In this document: positions 1 to 10,253 of the stretch, in pieces | Numbering within the stretch: the stretch's first letter is position 1 | How the letters are laid out: every line of letters starts with the position of its first letter | DNA from: Vitrella brassicaformis CCMP3155 | Lineage: Eukaryota; Protista; Chromerida | Length of the DNA: 64,000 nucleotides | Assembly: GCA_001179505.1 (NCBI GenBank) | Contig: CDMY01000759.1 | Coordinates: forward strand, 62,001 to 126,000 | Direction of reading: 5' to 3' | Notes under the pieces: generated by a model | Seen by the model: the letters and a program-made list of their open reading frames with translations, nothing else | Database searches by the model: none | What the model was told of the DNA's origin: nothing | Program-made: the position numbers and the translations under genes

Positions 1-712
1 GCCAGCCGCGGACGCCGCGGATGGGCGATCACGGAACTGAGGGATCTCCTCTGTGGGAAAGGGGAAAGGCAACCAAGCAAGCCGGTGTGCGTGAAGGACA
101 TGGGGTACGGCTCTTGACGTACCAGTGCTGATGTTGTATTTCTGCATGAGTGAAAGCGCCTCATCCTCGGTGATCTTCCCAGTCCGAATCTTCCTGCGCA
201 CGCACAAATACGCAGCACAAAAGGCCGTGCCATGTCGGACACTCACTGGCTATCACCTCACCCCTCCCTCACCTTTCGAAATGAATGAGGACCATCTTTC
301 GCTGCTCGGCGGTCAAAAAATCCTCCCGGGCAAATCTGGCCTGACCGCTGGCTGACCTCCTCATACCCCCCCTCCTCTCCTGGTCCTCGTCTGTGTCTTG
401 CTTCTCCTCAGAGAAGAAATTATCCCACACCCAGCCGAGAAAACCGTCAAACTTGCGGCTCCTGGCGGACTGGAAGGTCACAGGGGCCCGCTTGCGACTC
501 GTGTCAGTCTTGGACAGGCCGCGGCGTGGGTCCGGGGGGATGAGGGAGGGCAGGAAGGCTGTCTCCATTCGCTGATGTGGCCGCACACAGACAGATGAGG
601 CGAACAGAAGGACGAGCAAGAGACCAAAGAGGACGCGGCGCGCTGCTGACGACTGCCGAGAGTGTCTGTTCGACCGCTGATAGTGGCCGAAGCGCCGCAG
701 GCTGATGCCCAT
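1..712 (-). CDS. Hypothetical protein with bipartite (signal + transit peptide) leader, probably plastid-targeted; 3' end runs off the window
   Basis: ORF 269..712 has a hydrophobic stretch VLFGLLLVLLFASSVCV followed by TAFLPSL and an S/R/K-rich segment. Downstream GT-AG exons give VRHGTAFCAAYLCVRRKIRTGKITEDEALSLMQKYNIST/EEIPQFRD. No family recognised. Confidence 0.5.
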
Positions 713-2163
713 ATCAGATCAGCACAGCTGCTGCCATGCAGGGACTGGCAGTCGAGGAGCCAGATGAGGGTCAACGCGAGGGGCGCAGCACCATCCTGGA
801 CAGCCTCTTCCTCTTCATCAGCTCCTTGGTGTCTGACCTCTCCAGCAGCTGATCTTTAGGGCTGATGCGCAGCACTTGAAGGCAGCTGCGTTCTCATACT
901 ACAGCACACAAAGGCACTGGCACTTCTACGCTGCGGGGACGCGAGCTCGAATCCGTCGAGAAAGGCACAAACCCTAACCCCGCAAACCCTAACAAAAAAA
1001 GACTGCGAATAAAACATTCAAGAATTCCATTCTCCTGTGCTTCCGCCGCCCTCCCTTCCCATCCCGGGCCGCTCTTCTTCCCAAGGCTCTCGCACCACCA
1101 CACTTTCTGAAATCGTCAGCCCTGCTCGACGTCTGGTGGATGGGTGGGCTGTCCGTCAGCACATCGCCCGCTATCGCCGCCGAGGACGACACACACATGG
1201 GTGGCACGGGTGGCTCGAACGCGCCAAAATGCTGAGACGCCATTCGAGCTCGCAGATCGGAGACGGGGCGCGGCAGAGCAGCTGTTTTCTCCACGAACAG
1301 ATGATGCAAGCAATGATCTCCCTCGGCGAGAATTGGAGACGGGACGGGAAATTCGAAATTCGACCCACTTTTCCCAATTTTCATCCACACTCGACTTCTC
1401 AGCCTTCTTTCGGCCACAGATCCCCCGTTTCTTTTTCTTTTCACTCGCTTTTTGGCTTATGTGGTCCGCCCCATCCCCTCCCGCCCCTCCCAACTCGTCC
1501 GGCTTTTGCCTGCCATTTCCTTCCTCTACCGCCGTGGCACCCTTCCTTTTTGCTGAACGGTGGCGCTGTCTGACCCTGTCTGGCGTCAACTGAGTGCGCC
1601 GACGCCGCCGTTCAGGAAGTACACGTGTCATGTACTTGGCTTGGCTGCGGTGACGGTACGATGTATGGATGATGGTACGATGCAGCGATGGTCCGTTTCA
1701 TCGCTGCAGTGATCTCATCTGTTGTAATGCCTGTGTGCAGATGAAATTTTGAGCTCAAGAGGTCAATTCACGTATGTCCTTGGTCATTGTTGTGTGTACA
1801 GCTGCAGATGGAATCTTTTTCTTTTTTTTTCCTGGTGGCCGTCTCCTCTTCTCGACGAAGTCCTAAACAGGTGAATGAAGTATTCAATGAATCAAGTGTT
1901 CAGAGTGCACTAGCTTTGCCTTTGCTGCTTTACAGGCGACTCGTTTTCATTCCAAGAAAGCAAAAGAAACCCGGTGAGCGGAAACAACCGAGGAAAGTTG
2001 AGCGCATTCTGTTCGACCGCTGAGTGAGGAATGAGGAACCTGCACTGTGTTTGTGTGGAATGCATCTGTCTGTTTTTTCTTCTGTGTGTTTTTTCTCCGC
2101 ACGAGGACACCCTCTCGCTACCCCACCACATGGTTGTTCCTGTCCTGCCCACCGCCAGCTGCC

Positions 2164-5100
2164 ATGTCGTACATGTCGTGGCCCGACCGGCCTGAGATGC
2201 CCAAGGAGCTGCCCAAGGACCCCGCCACCATCGAATGGCCGCGGATGCAGGACGACGAGATAACTGACATGAATAAGTTTGCCGTTCTACACTTCCACTT
2301 CCCACAGGGGAGTGAGGAGGCAAACAGAGAGGGCGGGGAGGCTTTGCATGCGCTTCATGCCTGCTGTGTGTGTCTTGTGGCTGTAGGAGTTGAAGCGGCG
2401 CATGGACACGATGGACCCCCAGCTCAAGCACCTGGTCTACCTACGGGCCGATGAGTGGTATAAACTGGGCATCTTGGTACGCATACAAGGCACACACACA
2501 ACGGACCAAAGCGGTGGTTCTTCGGCCCGTCTCATCTGTCTGTTGTGCCTGCCTGCCTGTGCTGTCTTGCTACTCTTCAGAAACGGTCCAAGGAGACCAA
2601 CTCATCAGGAACAAGGGCACCACTTTGCAGACCCATGCGGCTCCTCCCTCACCCGTGGCTGCCGCCCAGCCACTCGGAGACCGTGACGACGTCGCTGACG
2701 ACGCCTATGAGGACGAGGACGACGCAGCCGCCGCACCAACGGCTGGCATGCCGCCCACACCACCCGCACTCGCCCCGCCACCCGCACACCGCCCATCACT
2801 CCCACCCCCGCTGCCGATGATTGTCATGGGCCCGCGCGGCCGGTGCACCCCCATCCCGGCAGAGGCACCCCACGTGGCCTTCCAGTGCGGTCTGTTCCCC
2901 TTCCCCCCACTCCAGCACCACCCATACATGTACCCGGCTCCCCACGTCCCACCGCAGCTGCTGCCCTTCCCCCCGCTCCAGCAGCACCAGCACCAGCACC
3001 AGCACCAGCACCAGCCCCGCCACTCCTCCCGCCCGCACCAGGCGCGGGACCGGTCGCGGAGCCCCCCTCAGGCCAATGACGTTTGCAGGGTAACGAACAT
3101 ACGATGAGACATGCCGAATACATGGCCTGCATCTGTCTGTCTGTCTGTCTGGGTCTCTGTCTGTCTGGGGCTCTGCCTGTGGCTCCGTGCAGATCGCTGC
3201 CTACATTCTATATTTGCCAAGACGGGTGCACCAATTCCTCTGCTGCCACCGCGAGCAGCCCCCGGCATGAAGATACACCCGCCCAAGGAGGAGGACATGC
3301 CGAAGGACCCCGCCACCATCGAGTGGCCGCAGCTGACGGACGACGAGGAGACCCTCACGATGGAGACCAACACTCTCAGCACCGACCCCGACACGTACCT
3401 GCCGTGTTTGAGCCCAGGCCTGCCCTTCTCCAAGATCGGCCGCATTCAATTCACGGCGCCCGAGGCCACCAGCATCAGCTGCAGCCCCAGGACCATCGCG
3501 CGCGCCGACGTCGCTCGACCGGCCAACAGCCTCAGCGGTTTGGGTGCGGTGACGCCCAGCGTGTGGAATATCAGGACGCATCCGCTGGAGCGGCCATACA
3601 TATTCACAGTGACGGCCAAGTACTTCAGCAGCATCGCCACCTGCTTCTACACCGTCAAGGACCTCAAGTGAGTTGGTGGATGGATGGATGGCTGTTTCTC
3701 TCTCTGTCCCCCTATCTGTGTGAATGGCTGCATGAATGGGTGTGTTGCAATGCATGGCTGTGTGTGTGCCTCAGATTAGCCATCGATGCGCCCAGCAACA
3801 CATGGCAGACACGTGGGACACAGACAGCAGATGGCCGCAAAAACATCCGTCTCAGCATGAAAGGACTGCTCAACAGGCCGAGGAGCGTGACGCTGCTCAT
3901 TGGGGACGGGGCGGGTCTGCTGCTGGAAGCTGAGACGGAGTGGGAGTGGCGTCCCGAGCTCAAGCGGCTGGTCGTGTGGGTGCCTGGCGGGTCGCTCCCA
4001 GAGATGCGGATCAACATGGGGCCATTGCAATCCCGGTTCCTGATCAGACTGGTAGGAGAGGGAGGGAAGGGGGGAGGGAGACGGGGAGACAGGGAGGGAC
4101 AGGGAGCTTCCGGCGTGGCAGCATGTACGAGCCGCACCATCTGCCGTGCGTGAGTACCGGCCTCCCGCTGTCCAAGGTCGGCCAGATTCGCATCGTGTCA
4201 CTCGAGGCCACCAACATCATCTGCCGCCCCAACTCGATCTCGTTCCCCGACTGGCAAGGTCGGGGTGCTGGACGACGGCAGACCTGTTCTGTTCAAGCTC
4301 CTTCCGCCCAGCAAGAGGACTGAGGCCAAGCTCGAAGCTTTCTGCCTCAACCTTGCTGACAGCCACCAGGCGCCTCACCAGCCCCTTCGTCCGGCCACTA
4401 GGCGATGCTGCGTTCGATGCCATTCTGCAGGAGGAGGACGGACCACAGCAAGAGTGCGTTGCAGTGGTCATGGAATTCCTCGGTGAGAGGGGGACACAGA
4501 CAGCACTACGTGTAGAACAGCGACTGGTTCCTCTGTCTGTCTGTGATGTCCACTCACTGCTCGCTCAGCTCCCCCCGGCTGGAATTCCATCACCACCTCG
4601 CTGTCCGCTGTCAGTGTCTCGAAGACGCGAGAGCAGCTCCTGACCGACGATCGGGAGGAGTGGTTCGAAAAGGTGGCCCTCATCGACGACAACTGTCGGC
4701 AGCTGCTCGCCATCCACGTGCTGACGATCCCTGGCCGCAAGGCAGGCCTGACAGTCCACCATCTGGCCGGGTCTGACCATGCCGTCAGTGACCTGTATCT
4801 CGCCACCAACGCTGTCACGGCCGTCGCGAAACCACGTGATGCGGACAACAAGGTGAAGTCCAAGCTGCCACCCGGCTCCCCTTCCGTCGCCCTCCACATA
4901 GATCTCGCCAGCACAATACTACTGGACACGCCCGCCAACGTGCGCCGGTACCTGGAGCGCGAGTACACCACTGACCTCACCATCCCAGAGGCCCTCAGCC
5001 GTGACAGCAACAGTGACCGCCTGTTTGCCTTCGTCCCCTTCGACCTAGGCGAGCAGGCAAGCCACTGGGGGAGGCGCCCGAGGTGGGCGTCCTCGTCGTT

Positions 5101-5980
5101 GAGCAGTGGCGGAGGGAGGGGCGGGGGTGCACGGGCCTGACACACCCACCGCGCGCCGCTACCGCGAGCTCTACCAGCAGCTCGACACATTCCTGGACGA
5201 GTGGGTGGGACAGCGAGCGCGTGTGTGTCGTGGTGGCGAAGTTCTTGGGCGGGCATGAATGAGGAGGGGGAGGGACAGATACGTCACAGCATTCCACCGG
5301 TCTGTCTGTGCTGTGCTGTGCTGTGTACTGCAGGTAATGCTGCGGAGAAGGGCTACAGTTCGATCACGACCGAGCTGCACGAGAGGAACGTTCCCATGAT
5401 GTGTTGAACATGTGCCGGCGCATCCTCGGCGTCCACATCCTCACCATCAGAGGCCGCAAGGTGGCCCTCGAGCGCAACCAACTTGTCGGGTCGGACCACG
5501 CTGTCAGCGACCTCTATCTGCACGGCGACACATTGGCAAAGATCACGTGGCCACGGGGGGACGACGGCAAAGTCATTGCAAAGCTGTTCCCCCGGCACCC
5601 CTTCCCCCGCCCGCCACATCGACTCGGTCAACACCATTCTGCTCGACTCGCCCGCCAACGTGCGCACCTACCTGGAGAAGGAGTACCCCACCGACCTCGC
5701 CCTCCCACGAGCCCTCCTCGACGAGAGCACCCCAGATCGGCTCTTCGCCTTCGTCCCGTTTGACCTAGACGAGCAGAAGGAGATCGGCCAGGTCCCCAAC
5801 GGCAAGCCTCAGGAGGAGGCGCCCGAGGTGGGCATCTTCATCGTCGAGCAGTGGCGGAGGGAGGGGAAGGGGCAGGACGGCTCTGACACACCCACCGCCC
5901 GCCGCTACCAAGAGCTGTATCGGCAGCTCGACACATTCCTCGACGTGTGGGCGGCCGATGGGGATGGTGGTGGACGGTGA
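2164..5980 (+). pseudogene. Degenerate multi-exon locus built of duplicated modules (A-A-B-B-C-C), module C kinase-like; several frameshifts
   Basis: PKDPATIEWP occurs twice (~2200, ~3300). LPCxSxGLPxSKxGxI..EATxIxCxP occurs twice (~3400, ~4140). A ~180-aa block (IHxLTIxGRK..SDHAVSDLYL..ILLDxPANVRxYLExEYxTDL..DRLFAFVPFDL..VEQWRREG..ELYxQLDTFLDxW) occurs twice (~4680-5210, ~5400-5950). Frame switches near 4365, 5060, 5395 and 5608. Confidence 0.6.
2982..3014 (+). repeat. (CAGCAC)n hexamer repeat encoding QHQHQH
   Basis: Five full CAGCAC units plus CAG, read directly. Confidence 0.95.
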
Positions 5981-6400
5981 GGCGATTGCAGTGTCTAGTG
6001 AGGGCCTCGTCCTGCAGACAACGAATGGACTGGAGTTTGTGCCTCTGTCTGTGTGTACACGCACGTGAGTGCAGATGGCTGCCTACATTTTATATTTGCG
6101 GTCTGTGGATTTGAAGACACCTCGCTGCAGACGAGGACAAAGAAGCGTGAGACAGCATTGTATCGCTGCCTGCATTTTATATTGCGTGGGCGCCTTCCCT
6201 TCTTCGTCGTATTTACTCATTGCATGGCCAGTGAGTGATGTGTGGACACATGTTGAGCGCAAATCGCCATTCCCATAACACGTACCGTCTCTATGGAGCA
6301 CCTGAGTCTCAAACCTCTACTCTACAATGGAGGATCAAACACGTCTCAGACGCACGGAAAAGGTATGAAATGGCCGCATCCATCCCCTGCCGGCATTCCT

Positions 6401-7915
6401 TCACACGTACATATACTCTATCCGTTGGATTGGCCCGCGGCACTTGGCACACTGCCGCTCGGCAGCAGGTAGGGCTATCACCTGCTGGGCGCACGCCGCA
6501 CACATGTACAAATGCCTCTGACACACGCACACACACACACACACAGAGGGCACACAAGGAACATGTAAGCACGGTGGATCGGTCGCTACTGTCTCAGGCC
6601 GGTCGATTCACTTACACATGGGAAGACGGCGACCGACTTGTCGGCATCCAAACACACCGCACACTTGGTCGCTTCCTCTAACCTGCACAAACACAACACA
6701 GGAAAGAGAAAGGCATGTGAGAGCCCACCCCGGCAGCTGATGTGCATCGGCATACCTCTCCTTGAGCTCGTCGTTCTCCTTGGTGACTGTTCTGAGCCTC
6801 TCGTCCGCCTCATCCAGGGCGCTCTGCACCGCCTCTTCGACCCCACTAAGGCACCCACGATCAGGAGGGGGGAGGGGGGCTGACGCTGGTGACGGTGGCT
6901 GTGTCGAGGCCGCAGACGGGAAGAAGGCTGGGGCATCGGGATTCAGCCCTCGAGCAGGGGGGCGAACGGGACAGGTTGGGGGAGGGAGGAGGGGAGGGAG
7001 AGGGGCGAAGGGAATGGCATGGGGCAAGGGGGGCGGTGGACATTGCTTGCGGATAGCCGAGAGGGCCTTCTTGTGGTATGTGATGTCAAATTCTTGCGAA
7101 GGTCCGAGCTCGAAGGATCCTTTGACGAACTTGCGGACCGGCACGCGGATCTGCCACAGCCCCCTCACTCGTGACAGCGATGAGAGGCTCGAGCGGAGAA
7201 AAATCTCCACGTGCTGCGCGCCCCACCGATCACGCTCTGCACACACAGACAGAACAAAGACAGGCACAAGTCGATAATATCTTTCCCCTGTTCCCTCCCT
7301 CTGCTAACCATTGAGCTTCACCTCGACTTCCAGCTGCTGTATCTCGGGTATCTCGTCCCTCCTCTCGCCCCACGTGAAGGGCGTCAGCTTCTCCACCTCC
7401 CTCATTTGCACATGCATGTACGTGATGGTCTTGCGGGGACCCATCGCCAGCAGCAGACCCAGCACCTCATCCGCACTCCCCTTGACGTGCAACTTCTGCA
7501 GCTTAGGCATCGCATTCGCCAGCCATCCACCCGCCTCTAGCATTCGGTCGCCCACATAAAGGTCCCTCGCCTCAGGGAAGGCGCCGTGGCTGAGATGGCG
7601 CAGAAGGGCCGGCTGCTCGTAATGACAGGTGGCGGTTCCGCTTGTGTATATGTAGACGCTCCTCGCGTAAGAAAATGTCAGTGCCGAGATGACTGCCACC
7701 TCGCCCCATTCTGGGGTAGCCAGCCGTCGGGTTTGGAGAGGACCCGGCGCAGAGCTGATATCCCATTCGACGGCGTCTGCTTGTCCGGCGAGTTGACCCA
7801 CGACGTCCCTTGCGAGTTTGTCCCTGGGTAGGCTGATGAGCAGGGGAAGGGCGAAGACGCGCTTGCCACCCCGCCGCTTGGGCGCTTTGTGGCGAGTCGG
7901 TTGCTGGATGGGCAT
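6401..7915 (-). CDS. C-terminal C3HC4 RING E3 ubiquitin ligase with coiled coil and PAM2-like motif
   Basis: Spliced C-terminus reads CAVCLDADKSVAVFPC/RHLYMCAACAQQVIALPAAERQCAKCRGPIQRIEYMYV*. It is preceded by a coiled coil (ALDEADERLRTVTKENDELKE) and GLNPDAPAFFP. N-terminal exon is 7304..7915; the start is uncertain. Confidence 0.8.
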
Positions 7916-9374
7916 CCTGCGGTCGGGGAGTGAGGCGGCGATGAGAGCGAAGTTTGAACCTTCGGCGGGGGGTGTCAGACGATCTCACAGGGTCTCACGT
8001 CGCCAGGTATTGAACGGGATCAAAGCCTCTCGCCGCGATCGAGAACCCAATCCTCAGAAAGCATGTTTGCACTGCAATGGGGCTGTCGCAGCTTTCCCTG
8101 CAACGCATGCAGACTGCAAGCTTTCGCTGACGCCCCCTCCTGATCTTCGGCGGCATGCAGATCTTCCAAGCGACCGGGCATACGTCCGCTCCCACCCAGA
8201 CAGAAAATGCACACCTGCACTCATCGATGTGCCCATGTATGTCCATTGGCATCATGTTCGCACGAATGACGTATGCAATTGGACGCAGGTGTATGACATG
8301 GAATATTGACCAAACAAAGAGGACAGATCTCCTCGCTCATGTCAACAGCGTCGTCTAGGTAGGCATGAGTGTGTGGTCGTTCCCCATCTGTGCATCTCTG
8401 TCCCCCGCGCCGCAACCCCAAAGCCACAACACGGTTTCTGTGCTGCTGCTGTAGAGTTGCAGGCTGACGGACTAGCAGCACAGAGTGGAAAGCCACACGC
8501 AGGAAAGACCGACGCACCTCTTAGGAACGCAATCGAGCCAACAGAAAAAACACCGAGAAAGGTCACGTCAACCCTCCGTCTTAGCACTAGTGGCTCTGCG
8601 TGTGTCGTCCTTCGTCTGTGCGTCGGCCTTGTGTGACGGATGCTTCAACGAGAGATGAAGAGCGCTCTCGTGAGCAGCCCTCGCACAAGCCGAAAGATAG
8701 ACGGCGAACGAATCCGACTGGAGCACACGACAGGCCAAAAGGAGATACATGTGTGTATGTACGTGTGTATGCATAGCAACCAGCCAGTGAGTGGCATCAC
8801 TGTCTTCATTGTCATTCTGCCTCGGCCCCCCCCACTCATCGGCTGACACACCGTGCTCAGCGAGCAGCTGAAAAGTAGACAGCGGAGGAGTCATGACAAC
8901 GGAGTCAGTCAGCAAGTGATTGACACAAAACCATGCAATACACACAATGACTGGTATTAGTGACGTACCCTTTTACCGACACCCTCCCCAGGCAGCCTGT
9001 GCTACTCACGAGCGATGGCAAAAGCAGCCATCCACACATACATGTCCAGCAGAGAGGGGGAGCCAATGGGCAGGCAGACAGAAAAACAGCCAGCCAGACT
9101 GGACCTCTATCGGCGTCCTGCAGGGCACGCGAAAAACTCACACAGCCACCCACACAGACACACACTATGTGTGCGATGACCTGCTACCACGGGCCGAAAA
9201 AACACAAGGCGGGAAAACCCCGGGCGCACACACACTCAGTGACCTGCTGTCACACATGATTCAGAGAAAAAAGGGCGGAAGTTCCCAAGCCCACACATAC
9301 GAACTTACGTATATAAATACATGCATCGATCCATCGATCAAACACCCACACCCACGCAGCGTCGTTCTGGTCGC

Positions 9375-9875
9375 TCATGGCTGCTCCAGCTGCTCTTGTT
9401 CCCAGTAGGTCTCGTCGCCGCCACACGTCCGGTAGGAGTAGTGCACACCGGAGTCGGGGAAGTAGTTGCTCTCGCTCGCGTCATCCACCCCATCACAATC
9501 CTCAGGGTCCACATAGCACCACATCTCCCCGCACCACTCGGGCGCATCGGCCAGCGGCGCCCCACTCTCGTCGCCACACGATGGCGGGAGTGTCATCTCG
9601 TGTGCCTTGCATCCGTCAGCTCCATATGTGGTGGGGTAAGTGGAGTTGTCGCATGCCTCACACGCCAGGAGGCCCTCGGCAGTGATGAAGTCTGCGAGGC
9701 CCTCGGTGACAGCTGTTGCATCCAAACATGGGCAGGAGGATAGACCGGCGCCTGCTGCTGCCTCTGAGTCTGCCGCGGAGATGTTGTTGTCGACCTGCAG
9801 GTGACGACGAGCCAGATGAGTGGACGCCAGGCAGAGGGCGGTAAAGCACAGAAGGGAAGGGAGGGAGATCTGCAT
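9375..9875 (-). CDS. Small secreted, intronless Cys-rich protein (CPC..YG..C..H..C..WC..WCYVDP..C..YSYxTCG domain)
   Basis: Signal peptide MQISLPSLLCFTALCLASTHLA, followed by a compact Cys/Trp-patterned domain and an acidic tail. Confidence 0.75.
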   Translation of the reverse strand: MQISLPSLLCFTALCLASTHLARRHLQVDNNISAADSEAAAGAGLSSCPCLDATAVTEGLADFITAEGLLACEACDNSTYPTTYGADGCKAHEMTLPPSCGDESGAPLADAPEWCGEMWCYVDPEDCDGVDDASESNYFPDSGVHYSYRTCGGDETYWEQEQLEQP

Positions 9876-10253
9876 CTCGACAGCCTGAGCAGCAGTACAC
9901 ATGCCACGAAGGAGGTGCAGTTACAGATAAGTGTGTCCAGCGCATGAATTGCGTGTGTGTGAAGGTCCCTTACTTCTCAAAGGAGGAATCCACTCTCCAC
10001 GGCCAAGCTCGCGCAACGAACTTTGAAATTTACGAAAGCCGTTGGAAGCGATGGTTTGCGACCCGCGAGTCCCGAACGAGGAGGGAGAGCGCGCTTCCAG
10101 CCATCGCGGCTGAGTCAGATCCCCCTCATTCATCAAGCGGTGCTTCCCCGTGTGGTCAATCCTTCACTACAATGCCAGCACTACCATGATACTGTCCTGC
10201 CACTCTTCCCTCCCTGGACGCAGGGGCAGCAGTGTTGGCTCGGGAGGCCCTTC

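Noticed and set aside
200-290. VLIHFE..VRHGTAFCAAYL resembles a DSP active-site loop lacking the Cys (pseudophosphatase)
   Set aside because: Depends on an unverified 31-nt intron, and no other DSP motifs are visible.
989-1631. Overlapping 150-180 aa ORFs on both strands
   Set aside because: No domain motifs, T-rich promoter-like composition and no convincing splice partners.
7916-8310. In-frame TGA codons here and at ~52450-52650, suggesting readthrough or selenocysteine
   Set aside because: Intact genes in the window use TGA as a stop and TGG for Trp, and no SECIS was recognised. Decay or non-coding sequence is the simpler explanation.
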